This document shows, in pieces, positions 1 to 8,891 of a DNA stretch of 38,693 nucleotides. Numbering within the stretch: position 1 is the stretch's first letter; each line of letters begins with the position of its first letter. Under the pieces are notes generated by a model. The model did not search any database. It had not been told where the DNA came from and saw nothing but the letters and a program-made list of their open reading frames with translations. Source of the stretch: Candidatus Zipacnadia bacterium. Lineage in GTDB: Bacteria > Armatimonadota > Zipacnadia > Zipacnadales > Zipacnadaceae. Where the stretch lies: positions 1-38,693 of the forward strand of contig JALGTV010000001.1 in NCBI GenBank assembly GCA_029821215.1. Reading direction: 5' to 3'. A program made the translations under genes and the position numbers.

Positions 1-864
1 GTGGAATGCACCATCAATGGTATGGGTGAGCGAGCAGGTAATGCTTCCCTGGAAGAGATAGTCATGGCTCTAAAGACGCGGGCCGGTGAATTTGGGGCCA
101 CCACTAATGTCCGCACTCAGCAAATTATCAAGACCTCGCGCATGGTCTCCAACCTGACTGGTTTTGTGGTCCAGCCCAATAAGGCCATTGTCGGCGCTAA
201 TGCCTTTGCTCACGAGGCCGGCATCCACCAGCATGGGGTAATTATGGACCGGCAAACCTACGAGATAATGAAACCTGAGGATGTGGGACTAAGCGAGAGC
301 GTGCTGACCCTGGGGCGGCGGTCGGGCCGGCACGGGTTGCGTCAACGGCTGGTGGACCTGGGCTACGAAGTCAGCGATGAGCAACTCGAGGTAATCTACC
401 AGCGCTTCCTGGAAGTGGCTGATAAGAAAAAGCAGGTCTATGATGAAGACCTGGAGCTGATCATGCGGGAGGCGACCCGGCAAGTGCCCGAAACCTGGCG
501 GCTGGTAGAATTGCAGACGACTTCAGGCTCAATGCCTACGGCCACGGTGAAGCTGGAAAAAGAAGGCGAGATGTTCACTGATGCTGCCTGTGGCAATGGG
601 CCGGTGGACGCCGCCTATCAGGCTATTGACAGGATCACAGGCGTGAGTCTGGCGCTGGAGGATTACTCGGTGCGCAGTGTCACCGTAGGCCGCGACGCCA
701 TTGGTGAAGCCACGGTGCGCGTACAACGCAATGGCCAACAGGCCGTGGGCAAGGCCAGTAGCACCGACATCGTGGAGGCCAGCGCCAAAGCCTATCTGAA
801 TGCCATCAACCGGCTGCTGGTCAGAGAAAGCCGCAATGCTGGCCCCCAACAGCAGGAAACTTAA
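1..864 (+). CDS. leuA: 2-isopropylmalate synthase, C-terminal part (5' end outside window)
   Basis: The ORF is open from the window edge. ECTINGMGERAGNASLEE and HEAGIHQHG match the end of the LeuA catalytic TIM barrel (HxH metal site). A LeuA-type C-terminal regulatory domain follows. Stop TAA at 862-864. Confidence 0.9.
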   Translation: MECTINGMGERAGNASLEEIVMALKTRAGEFGATTNVRTQQIIKTSRMVSNLTGFVVQPNKAIVGANAFAHEAGIHQHGVIMDRQTYEIMKPEDVGLSESVLTLGRRSGRHGLRQRLVDLGYEVSDEQLEVIYQRFLEVADKKKQVYDEDLELIMREATRQVPETWRLVELQTTSGSMPTATVKLEKEGEMFTDAACGNGPVDAAYQAIDRITGVSLALEDYSVRSVTVGRDAIGEATVRVQRNGQQAVGKASSTDIVEASAKAYLNAINRLLVRESRNAGPQQQET

Positions 865-890
865 TGCCAGAGCACTGGGAAGAGGATATC

Positions 891-920
891 TTGCTAAAAG
901 GGCGAGTAATATTGTAGAAT
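891..920 (+). promoter_or_regulatory. candidate sigma70-type promoter for murC-ftsQ-ftsA
   Basis: TTGCTA (891-896), 18 nt, TAGAAT (915-920), 37 nt upstream of the murC ATG. Pattern match only. Confidence 0.3.
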
Positions 921-956
921 AGGCTCAGTTCAGAGAAGAGTCCGACGGAGTCGGAG

Positions 957-2339
957 ATGCAACTGCAACCTGGCCAACATGTTCATTTCATTGGCATCGG
1001 CGGGGTGTCCATGAGTGCCCTGGCGGGAGCGCTTAATGAGCAAGGATTTGAGATATCCGGCTCCGATACCCGTCTCTCACAGCGAGTCCATAAGCTGCGG
1101 GCGGCCGGTATTTCCGTCTATCACGGTCAGGCAGCGGACAATATTGGCGATGCCGACCTGATAATCTACACCACGGCCATCCGCGATGATAACCCCGAAC
1201 TGGTGGCAGCGCAGGCCAGTGGCCGGCCGGTGCTACACCGCTCGGAGTTGCTAACTTTGCTGCTCGCCGAGAAGCAGCGCCTGGCGGTGACCGGCACCCA
1301 CGGGAAGAGCACGACCACCGCGATGCTGGGGTCCATTCTGCTGGAGTTAGGCTGGGACCCCACCATCTTCGTCGGCGCCTACTGTGCTAATTGGGACGGC
1401 AATTATCGGTGTGGTCAGGGACAATGGGCGGTCTTTGAGGCCTGCGAAAGCGACGGGTCTTTCCGGCGCTATGAGGGCTGCTCGCAGATCCTAACCAGCA
1501 TTGAGCCGGATCATCTGGATGAACACCATAACTTCGCCAACCTCCGGCGGGCCTTTGCTGAGTTTGTAGCTACGGCTGATCCAGATGGTTTTGTGGTCTA
1601 CTGGGCCGACGATCCCGAGGTGGTAGCAGCTATCCAGCATAGTCCGGTGAGGACGATTTCGTATGGGTTGGAGGGGGCCCAAGCTGACGTGACAGCGGCC
1701 CAGATAACACGTAGTAGCCAGGGCGTGCGCTTTGTGCCGGTCATGTTTGGGCGGACTCTACCCGTCGTGGACCTTCCAGTAGTGGGCAACCACAATGTGC
1801 TTAATGCTCTGGCGGCGCTGGCGGCTGCCGAGCAGATCGGGATAGATGTACCGGCGGCCGGGTTGGCCTTGAGCAGCTTTAGCGGGGTAGGGCGCAGGTT
1901 TGAGCAGATGGGGTGGGTAAATGGCTGCCAGGTAATTGACGATTATGCTCACCATCCCACCGAGGTCCGCGCTACCCTGCAGGCGGCCAAAGACCACTTC
2001 GGTAGGCGCGTTATTGCTGTTTTTCAGCCTCACTTGTACAGTCGCACTCGCGACTTGATGGATCAATTCGCCTCCTGTTTCGGACAGGCGGATGTGGTGG
2101 TGATTACTGACATATATGGGGCCCGGGAGCAGCCTACCGACGAAGTCAGCGCGGAGGAATTGTACCAGCGAGTGCGAGCTAATGAACCCGGTAAGCTGGT
2201 CCGATACATCCCCACTGCCGATGAGATAGTTGACTTTTTGCTCCAGACAGCTCAAGCTGAGGACATGATACTGACCATTGGCGCTGGCGATATTTGCCAG
2301 GTCGCCGAGCGGCTGGTCCAGACGACGCAACAATTGTAG
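957..2339 (+). CDS. murC: UDP-N-acetylmuramate--L-alanine ligase
   Basis: 460-aa ORF with N-terminal Rossmann HFIGIGGVSMSALA and Mur-ligase P-loop TGTHGKSTTTAM. Full-length MurC architecture. GGAG lies just upstream of the ATG. Confidence 0.92.
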   Translation: MQLQPGQHVHFIGIGGVSMSALAGALNEQGFEISGSDTRLSQRVHKLRAAGISVYHGQAADNIGDADLIIYTTAIRDDNPELVAAQASGRPVLHRSELLTLLLAEKQRLAVTGTHGKSTTTAMLGSILLELGWDPTIFVGAYCANWDGNYRCGQGQWAVFEACESDGSFRRYEGCSQILTSIEPDHLDEHHNFANLRRAFAEFVATADPDGFVVYWADDPEVVAAIQHSPVRTISYGLEGAQADVTAAQITRSSQGVRFVPVMFGRTLPVVDLPVVGNHNVLNALAALAAAEQIGIDVPAAGLALSSFSGVGRRFEQMGWVNGCQVIDDYAHHPTEVRATLQAAKDHFGRRVIAVFQPHLYSRTRDLMDQFASCFGQADVVVITDIYGAREQPTDEVSAEELYQRVRANEPGKLVRYIPTADEIVDFLLQTAQAEDMILTIGAGDICQVAERLVQTTQQL

Positions 2340-2363
2340 CATAACTATCAACGCAGCAACACA

Positions 2364-3146
2364 GTGAGGATCACAGTGGCCACGTTGAGTCAACAGCAAG
2401 CTCGCGCCCGGCCGGGGAATCGCGTATGGCGGCTCCGGTTGGGGCAGGCGGCCAAGCTGGTGGGTGTGGTGGTGGTGCTGAGTTTTGCCTATGGGGTGGG
2501 AACCTCGTCGTATTTTTGGATTCGGGAAGTGCAGGTAATAGCCCCTGAACCTCAATTAGCCCAGCAGGCTCTGGCCCGAATCCAGGTTCCTGCCGAGGCC
2601 AGCGCCCTCTTTTATCCGGTGCGACAAATAGTCAGTGGGCTGGAGACATATCCCCCTATTAGGCGTGCGGTGGTGAAGCGGGACCTGCCGGGACGTCTGG
2701 TGGTGCATATCTGGCCCCGAACGCCGGTGGCGGCAGTCAAGTACGGCCCAACTTTCGGGCTGGTAGATGAAAAAGGAGTGTGTGTCAGTTGCGTCTCGCG
2801 GCCGCCCAGCGATTTACCCCACATTTACGGCCTGATAGACGATCCATTAGCCCCGGGCGAACAGCTTCAAGACGCCGATCAGCATCTATTGACACAATGC
2901 CTGGCGGGCGTGGCGGACAATCAGATCAAGCACGGATTGGTTATAGATTTCTCCGAGCAATATGCCATTCAGCTATGCACAGCCAATGGGGTGCGGGGTA
3001 AGGTAGGGACAACGGATAATCTGAAGCGAAAAGTTATGATGTTTGCGGGTATTCTCAAGGAGCTGGAGGGGCAGGGCAAGCAGCCGGCGTACATAGACGT
3101 GCGGGTTATGGACCGACCCGTGTGGAAGCCGCGGCAGGAGACGTAA
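2364..3146 (+). CDS. ftsQ: cell division protein FtsQ/DivIB-like (TM + POTRA)
   Basis: 260 aa, GTG start 25 nt after the murC stop. One N-terminal TM helix (LVGVVVVLSFAYGV) followed by a POTRA-like segment (IREVQV...VKRDLPGRLVVHIWPRTPVAAV). Sits between murC and ftsA. Confidence 0.75.
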   Translation: MRITVATLSQQQARARPGNRVWRLRLGQAAKLVGVVVVLSFAYGVGTSSYFWIREVQVIAPEPQLAQQALARIQVPAEASALFYPVRQIVSGLETYPPIRRAVVKRDLPGRLVVHIWPRTPVAAVKYGPTFGLVDEKGVCVSCVSRPPSDLPHIYGLIDDPLAPGEQLQDADQHLLTQCLAGVADNQIKHGLVIDFSEQYAIQLCTANGVRGKVGTTDNLKRKVMMFAGILKELEGQGKQPAYIDVRVMDRPVWKPRQET

Positions 3147-3202
3147 GACCAGCCGGACGTTAGCACTGCCACAGGAATCATGGCGACGATAAGGCGGAGT
3201 CA

Positions 3203-4498
3203 ATGATGCCAGCAATAGAATATGTAGCTGGCCTGGACGTGGGCACCACCAAAATATGCACCATAATTGCTGAGCCGGCGGCCAATGGCACTATGGACAT
3301 TCTGGGAGTGGGCTTGAGCCCTTCCGCGGGGATAAGGCGAGGCGTGGTGGTTGATCTGCAGGAGGCAATTGCGGCCATAGCTGACTCGGTTGACGAAGCT
3401 GAGCGGATGGCTAATCTGCCGGTCGCGGGCGCCTATGTAGGTATTACCGGCGGGCACATTGCCGCCCGTAATGCGACCGGGCGGGTCCACGTCAATCCTA
3501 CCGGAGAAGTTACTGCCGACGATGTGGAGAAAGCCGTTCAAAGTGCCTGTGATAGCGTCCCGGTGGAAACTGACCAGGAAATTGTTCATCGCATAGTCCG
3601 TGAATTTGCCATTGACGGTCAGGAGGGTATCAAACGACCAATTGGCATGAGCGGGCGGCGTCTGGATGCGAAGGTACATATAGTCACCGGGACGGCCAGT
3701 GTCCGCGAGAACCTGGAGCGCTGTGTGGGGGAGCTGGGGATCAAGGTGCAAAAGTTTGTACTGGAACCGTTGGCCACTAGCTTGGCGGTACTCACTGAGG
3801 CCGAACGCGACTTGGGCGTGGCCTTGATTGATATTGGCGGAGGTACCACCGATATTGCGGTTTTCCGGACCGGGGCCATCTGGCACAGCGCCGCGCTGCC
3901 GGTGGCCGGCAACCACATAACCCGTGACCTGGCCCAGTTACTGCATATCACTCAGGAAGAGGCCGAGGAGATCAAACGCAAGTTTGGCCTGGCTTCACCC
4001 GACCTGGCCGGCGGTGAGGAACTGATTCAGGTCACAGAGATGGGCACTGGTGAGCCAGTGCGGGTCCCCCGGCGCTTGATAGGAGAGGTTATCCAACCGC
4101 GGCTGGAGGAGATATTCACTCTGGTCGGCCGCGACCTGGAGCGAAGTGAGGCTTTTAATCTGATAACCGGTGGGATAGTGCTGTCCGGCGGCGGTTCCCA
4201 GTTGCTCGGGGCAGATAGGTTAGCCTCGGCAATACTGGGTGGCCTGCCCGTGCGGTGGGGCCGCCCCCAGAACCTGGGTAAGCTGGCTGACAGTGTAGCC
4301 AATCCCATTTATGCCACTGGAGTGGGCCTGGCGCTGCAAGCGGCCAGCGACGGCGCCTACGCTGGTGAAGTGCCCCCGGCTCGGCATCTGTCCTGGCTAC
4401 CAACCATCGCTCGGTGGTGGTCAGAAGAAATAAGGCCCCGAGTTGCTCGCTATCTGCCTGCGCACAGATTCCCCTTCATCCGCCCCCCTGCCCCATAA
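3203..4498 (+). CDS. ftsA: cell division protein FtsA
   Basis: 431 aa. Actin-fold phosphate motifs GLDVGTTKI and DIGGGTTDIAVF, and a C-terminal amphipathic tail (WLPTIARWW). Immediately follows ftsQ. Confidence 0.92.
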   Translation: MMPAIEYVAGLDVGTTKICTIIAEPAANGTMDILGVGLSPSAGIRRGVVVDLQEAIAAIADSVDEAERMANLPVAGAYVGITGGHIAARNATGRVHVNPTGEVTADDVEKAVQSACDSVPVETDQEIVHRIVREFAIDGQEGIKRPIGMSGRRLDAKVHIVTGTASVRENLERCVGELGIKVQKFVLEPLATSLAVLTEAERDLGVALIDIGGGTTDIAVFRTGAIWHSAALPVAGNHITRDLAQLLHITQEEAEEIKRKFGLASPDLAGGEELIQVTEMGTGEPVRVPRRLIGEVIQPRLEEIFTLVGRDLERSEAFNLITGGIVLSGGGSQLLGADRLASAILGGLPVRWGRPQNLGKLADSVANPIYATGVGLALQAASDGAYAGEVPPARHLSWLPTIARWWSEEIRPRVARYLPAHRFPFIRPPAP

Positions 4499-4596
4499 AC
4501 TTGGCGATTATGGTCTACTCGAATTACTACCAACATTCCGAAACTTTTGAGACTGACATGTGTCTATTTAGTAGATAGGTCCAAGCGGGGTATGAC

Positions 4597-5835
4597 ATGG
4601 TAAGCCCCCGCAGTGACCCCCACAGTTGTCGCGTGGTAACTATGAATAATTGTCCGCAGGCTGAGACAATCCAGGATTATGGGGATGGAGAGCTGGTGGG
4701 TGAACAGGCCCGTCTGGTTGGCGAGCATATAAGCTCGTGCCGCCGGTGCCAGCGGCTATACCGGGAACTGAAGACAGTGTCAGGTATCCTGGGTCAGCGG
4801 CCTCAGCCCACCGCTCCGCGAGGTCTTAAACAGAAGATTCGGAGAGCGATACGGGACAGTGAACCGGTACAACCCATTTCCTGCCCGGCAGCCCAAACGC
4901 TGATCTGCTCCTATCTGGATGAAGAATTGTCGGCTGAGGATGAGCGACGGGTAGAAAGCCACGTATTTGCTTGCTCCCAGTGCTACCGCATATTCAAACA
5001 GACCCAGCAGATTACCGAAGTCCTACGAGATGCCCCACCGGTGACCGTGCCGGCCGGACTGGGCGAACGAGTGGCCATTGCAGTAGCTGAGGTGGAAAAG
5101 CGGCAACCGGGAATCATCGGCTATGTGACCGGGCGGCTCTCATGGCGGACAGCCGGGGGGATACTGGCTGGGGCTGCTGTTGCCGCCGCGCTGATATTGG
5201 GCTTGATTCTGGCGCCGCATAAGTCACCTGTATATCAACCGTCGGCACCTACTCCCACCGTGGTGGCCCAGGAGCCGGCAGAAGTGCCTGCTGAGGAGAC
5301 ACATGTAGCGGCCGCCCCCAGCCAGGTCCGCGAAGAGCCACAAATGGCCCAGAAGACATCAGAAGAGAAGAAGATGGCTATTGCCCGAGCCTCTACCCCG
5401 GCGCTACGACGTAGACATGCTACCCCTACGCCGGCAGCCCGGCGGCCCAGCCCGGGGCTATCGGTGGCTGAGATCCCATCGGCCTCGGTGCCAGTGACTG
5501 GGGAGCGTGCCCCCGGTGAACCGGCAGCGGTGGCTGAACCAGAGCCATCACCACCGGCCCTGGCAAGTGCAGGTAGCACCCAGCCACAACCAACCATTAT
5601 GGCCGCCCTCTCTGAAGTCACCGAGCCGCCTCAGCATCCGGGCCCGGAGTTGGCCACTGGACCGTCTCCGCCCCGACGGCCTACTTGGACCCCGGTACGA
5701 ACTGTTCATACGACGGTGTATCGTGGTGGGGACCAGATGGATACAGCACGGTTGAGTGCGGCCCGGGATCGGTTGGATAAACGTATTGCCGCCCTTAAAG
5801 ACAGTCAGTTGGGCGGCTGGACAGTGATTAAGTAA
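4597..5835 (+). CDS. membrane protein with two tandem zinc anti-sigma (zf-HC2) motifs and a Pro/Ala-rich extracytoplasmic region
   Basis: 412-aa ORF with two H-x3-C-x2-C motifs (EHISSCRRC and SHVFACSQC), each preceded by a C...Y.D.EL segment. One TM helix (GILAGAAVAAALILGLILA) is followed by long P/A/E-rich low complexity. The true start may be ATG 4642 (MNNCPQ...). Confidence 0.6.
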   Translation: MVSPRSDPHSCRVVTMNNCPQAETIQDYGDGELVGEQARLVGEHISSCRRCQRLYRELKTVSGILGQRPQPTAPRGLKQKIRRAIRDSEPVQPISCPAAQTLICSYLDEELSAEDERRVESHVFACSQCYRIFKQTQQITEVLRDAPPVTVPAGLGERVAIAVAEVEKRQPGIIGYVTGRLSWRTAGGILAGAAVAAALILGLILAPHKSPVYQPSAPTPTVVAQEPAEVPAEETHVAAAPSQVREEPQMAQKTSEEKKMAIARASTPALRRRHATPTPAARRPSPGLSVAEIPSASVPVTGERAPGEPAAVAEPEPSPPALASAGSTQPQPTIMAALSEVTEPPQHPGPELATGPSPPRRPTWTPVRTVHTTVYRGGDQMDTARLSAARDRLDKRIAALKDSQLGGWTVIK

Positions 5836-5946
5836 CTTAAAGCTCCGTCAGTCTGTTGGTGGTAATGGCGAACTTATTTTGATTAATGGCGGGCCTATCT
5901 GCTGGGTCCGTCTTCTTTTTGTCAGGTTCTCCGAGACCGTTTCTCA

Positions 5947-5975
5947 TTGACAGATGGCTGGACAGATGGTATTCT
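5947..5975 (+). promoter_or_regulatory. candidate sigma70 promoter of the atp operon
   Basis: TTGACA (5947-5952), 17 nt, TATTCT (5970-5975), with TG two nt upstream of the -10 (extended -10). It lies 21 nt before the first atp-operon ATG. Confidence 0.45.
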
Positions 5976-5996
5976 TTGCTCTGGGGGTAAGCCACA

Positions 5997-6221
5997 ATGA
6001 TTCCGAAGCCTGGTCCGAACTGGGCTGATTTGCTGCGGCTCTCAACGGTAGGACTGGTATTGGCCATCAGCGTCGGGTTGGGGGCTGGGCTTGGGCTGTG
6101 GTTAGATGAGCGGTGGGGCACTGGTCCGTGGCTGACAGTGCTGGGCGTAGTGATAGGGAGCGCGGCGGGGTTCATAGAATTGCTCCGCGAAGTGAATAGA
6201 TATACTGGCAAAGATGAATGA
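5997..6221 (+). CDS. AtpZ/ATPase_gene1-like small membrane protein
   Basis: 74-aa two-TM ORF carrying LGLWLDERWGTGPWLTVLGVVIGSAAG, which resembles the AtpZ-type signature. First gene of the operon. Overlaps the next ORF by 8 nt. Confidence 0.6.
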   Translation: MIPKPGPNWADLLRLSTVGLVLAISVGLGAGLGLWLDERWGTGPWLTVLGVVIGSAAGFIELLREVNRYTGKDE

Positions 6222-6636
6222 GGAGCAGCAAGACTGCTTCATTAGACGAGTCTACAGTATCACCGCTGTAGTGGCCGGAGTAGTAAGCGTGGGGTTGATG
6301 GTGGCCAGACAGTGGCGATTTGTGGCGGGTTTTGCAGTTGGGGTGGTGATTGCGGCGGTAATGATATATGGGGTAGTGTTGGTGAGCAATGCCATAACCC
6401 AGCGCGGAAGCGATAGTGCCAGCGGTCAAATCACCGGGCGCAAAGTCGTGGTGTTGCAGATAGGAAAATATGGCGCGGTTATTGCAGTACTGTATGTAAT
6501 AATCACTTTCACTGCCGTCAGTGGCGCCGGCATAGCGGTAGGATATGGCACGACGCTTGCCGTACTGCTTCTGACAGCTTATTGGACGGGTCCGAGCCGC
6601 GCTAAGCCACACAAGGATAGCGAGAACTTGAGCTAA
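6214..6636 (+). CDS. atpI: ATP synthase protein I-like membrane protein
   Basis: 140-aa hydrophobic ORF (about 4 TM) directly upstream of atpB. Called from size, hydrophobicity and position only. Confidence 0.5.
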   Translation: MNEEQQDCFIRRVYSITAVVAGVVSVGLMVARQWRFVAGFAVGVVIAAVMIYGVVLVSNAITQRGSDSASGQITGRKVVVLQIGKYGAVIAVLYVIITFTAVSGAGIAVGYGTTLAVLLLTAYWTGPSRAKPHKDSENLS

Positions 6637-6801
6637 GAGAGACTATTGCACAAGGTAATTACAGGCTACTTATCAGAGTAAAATGTGCAAAGTTGACCGG
6701 TTAAACCTAAACGTATGTCGGGGCACCCTTCGGCAGGCTCAGGACAGAGAGGATGCCCCTCCTACAAGTTTTGCAACAACCTCTTTAAGAGCACATTCGC
6801 G

Positions 6802-7557
6802 ATGCACGAAGAAGTAGGCAGTTGGCTAAACATAATCGTCCAGCACTTGCCCGCTTGGGCCCACCCCTACGTGAACCTGGGGGTGGTGACCAGTTGGCTG
6901 GTGCTGGCTATGCTGTTAGTATTGGCCTGGCGCTGTAGCCGGAATTTGAAGCTGGTCCCCGAAACAGGCTGGCAGACCATCGGCGAGTGGGCCTACCAAG
7001 TGTGCGCCAGCTTTTGCGAAGGACTTATCGGGCCGGGTGGGCAGCGATATGCTCCGCTGATTGGCAGTTTGTTTGTGTATATCCTGATTATGAATATTAC
7101 TGGGTTGATACCCGGATTTGAGTCCCCGACCGCCAGCCTCAATATGACCCTGGCTTTAGCGATTGTCTCCCTGGTGGCAGTGCAGTATTATGGCTTTCGT
7201 GAGCAAGGCTGGCGCTATCTGCTGCACTTTGTGGGGGAGCCGTGGTGGTTGTTTCCGCTGATGATACCGATACATCTCATCGGAGAGATAGCCCGTCTAT
7301 TGTCACTATCCATCCGTTTGTTTGGTAATATCTTCGGCAAGGAGATAGTTATTGGGCAAATTTTGCTATTGGTGGGTAGCATCGTGGCCATGCATCGGAT
7401 CAGTATAGTGCTGCGAGCGCCGGTAGCTGTCCTGGGCGCGGTGGTGGGTCACGTGCCCCTACTGCTGTTGGGATTGCTGGTTAGTTTCATCCAGGCACTA
7501 ATTTTTGCCATGTTGGTAGGTGTATACATACAAGGTGCTGTTAAGCCGGAGCATTAA
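6802..7557 (+). CDS. atpB: F-type ATP synthase Fo subunit a
   Basis: Multi-TM protein with LSLSIRLFGNIFGKE, which contains the essential Arg. The ORF opens at 6715, but the first 29 codons are atypical, so ATG 6802 is preferred. Confidence 0.88.
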   Translation: MHEEVGSWLNIIVQHLPAWAHPYVNLGVVTSWLVLAMLLVLAWRCSRNLKLVPETGWQTIGEWAYQVCASFCEGLIGPGGQRYAPLIGSLFVYILIMNITGLIPGFESPTASLNMTLALAIVSLVAVQYYGFREQGWRYLLHFVGEPWWLFPLMIPIHLIGEIARLLSLSIRLFGNIFGKEIVIGQILLLVGSIVAMHRISIVLRAPVAVLGAVVGHVPLLLLGLLVSFIQALIFAMLVGVYIQGAVKPEH

Positions 7558-7628
7558 GCCAATTAGTTAGCCGGATAGGACTGAATTGTCGGCTATACAA
7601 GTCAATAAAAATTGGAGGTTGATCACTA

Positions 7629-7901
7629 ATGTTTACTTATTTTGCCGCTGCGCTGGCTATTGCTGCTGGCTTGGGCGTACCAATAGCAGTAATTGGCGGA
7701 GCTTTAGCACAAGGAAAGGTAGGTGCGGCCGCTATGGAGGGCATCGCCCGCCAGCCAGAAGCAGCCGGAGACATTCGGACTTCGTTGATTATTACTCTGG
7801 CGCTGATTGAATCACTGGTCATTTATGCGTTGCTGACTTTCTTCTTGCTTTCCCCACATATTGGGATCTTGGTAGAGATGGCGAAGCAAAGTGCCGGTTA
7901 A
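7629..7901 (+). CDS. atpE: F-type ATP synthase Fo subunit c
   Basis: 90-aa helical hairpin with the GIARQPEA loop and the carboxylate in LALIESLVIY. TGGAGG lies upstream. Confidence 0.92.
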   Translation: MFTYFAAALAIAAGLGVPIAVIGGALAQGKVGAAAMEGIARQPEAAGDIRTSLIITLALIESLVIYALLTFFLLSPHIGILVEMAKQSAG

Positions 7902-7922
7902 CGGATAGTAAGGAAGGGTGCG

Positions 7923-8444
7923 ATGGAGCAGTTACTGCATCAGCTTGGCATTGAGCCACCAATTATCCTGGTAAATATCATTGGCTTTGTGATATTACTG
8001 GTGCTGCTGCGCCGGTATTTTTGGGAGCCGATACGGCAGTTTCTGGCCGACCGTCAGCAGCGCGTGTCCGAATACTGGAAGCAGGCTGAAGAAGCTCACG
8101 ATCAAGCGGAGCAGAGACTGGCCCAACTGGATGAGCGCAGTCAACAAATTATGGCTGCCGCCCAGCAGGAGGCCCAGCAGGCCAAAGCCGAAATCCAGCA
8201 GGAAGCGCAGCGCATGATTGATGAGGCCCACCAGCGGGCCCGGGAGCGAGAACGACGGGCCGAGGAGACAATCATCCGGCAGACTAACCAGGCTTTGGCG
8301 GAGGCCCGCGACCAGTTGGCTGAACTGTCGGCTGAGGTTGCCCAGCAGGTGTTGCGGCGCAGCCTGGATGAGAAGCAGCATCAGGCCCTGCTGGATGGGG
8401 CAATTGCGGATATTGAGCGTATGGCTCAGGAGCAGCAGGAATAG
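7923..8444 (+). CDS. atpF: F-type ATP synthase Fo subunit b
   Basis: 173 aa. Single N-terminal TM (IILVNIIGFVILLVLL) followed by a long charged helix. Sits between c and delta. Confidence 0.85.
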   Translation: MEQLLHQLGIEPPIILVNIIGFVILLVLLRRYFWEPIRQFLADRQQRVSEYWKQAEEAHDQAEQRLAQLDERSQQIMAAAQQEAQQAKAEIQQEAQRMIDEAHQRARERERRAEETIIRQTNQALAEARDQLAELSAEVAQQVLRRSLDEKQHQALLDGAIADIERMAQEQQE

Positions 8445-8453
8445 AGGAAGGCA

Positions 8454-8870
8454 ATGGGTAGTATTCGCGAAGCACGCCAGTATGTGAAGAGACTTTTAGA
8501 GATCGCCGAACAAGGCGGCGATGTGGAAGCGGTAGGCCGAGAGCTGCGAGAATTGCGGGAGGTGATGGAAAGTTCGGCGGTCGTCTCCCAGCAGGTTGAA
8601 TATGAGCGGCAGGGCATCAAGCAAGCAGTGGTGGAGACAACTGTCCCTCTGACCGGCGAGCAACAACAGCGGCTAAGCGCGGCCATCCAAAAGCTGCTGG
8701 GGGGTCCGGTGGCCATACAGCAGCAAACCAATCCGGAGATAATTGGGGGGCTGCGGATAACTGTGGATGATGTGGTTATAGACAATAGCCTCCGAGGGCA
8801 ACTGGCCCGGATGCTCCAGGTAGTTCATCAGGCGCCGGCCCCGGCCGAAGCTGTGGAAGAAGATGAATAG
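8454..8870 (+). CDS. atpH: F-type ATP synthase subunit delta (short form)
   Basis: 138 aa. C-terminal OSCP/delta signature NPEIIGGLRITVDDVVIDNSLRGQLARM. Sits between b and alpha. Confidence 0.75.
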   Translation: MGSIREARQYVKRLLEIAEQGGDVEAVGRELRELREVMESSAVVSQQVEYERQGIKQAVVETTVPLTGEQQQRLSAAIQKLLGGPVAIQQQTNPEIIGGLRITVDDVVIDNSLRGQLARMLQVVHQAPAPAEAVEEDE

Positions 8871-8891
8871 TAGATTCTGAGGTGAGATGGA

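Noticed and set aside
1758-3916. Long minus-strand ORFs 1758-2555 (265 aa) and 3200-3916 (238 aa)
   Set aside because: They are antisense to murC/ftsQ and ftsA. They have no RBS, no recognisable domains and atypical composition. The same applies to 11244-11852, 12593-13255, 13366-13920 and 15604-16299.
6715-6801. Upstream extension of atpB (start at 6715)
   Set aside because: The extra 29 residues (MSGHPSAGSGQRGCPSYKFCNNLFKSTFA) are unlike subunit-a N-termini. Neither candidate start has a clear RBS. The shorter form gives a normal-length protein.
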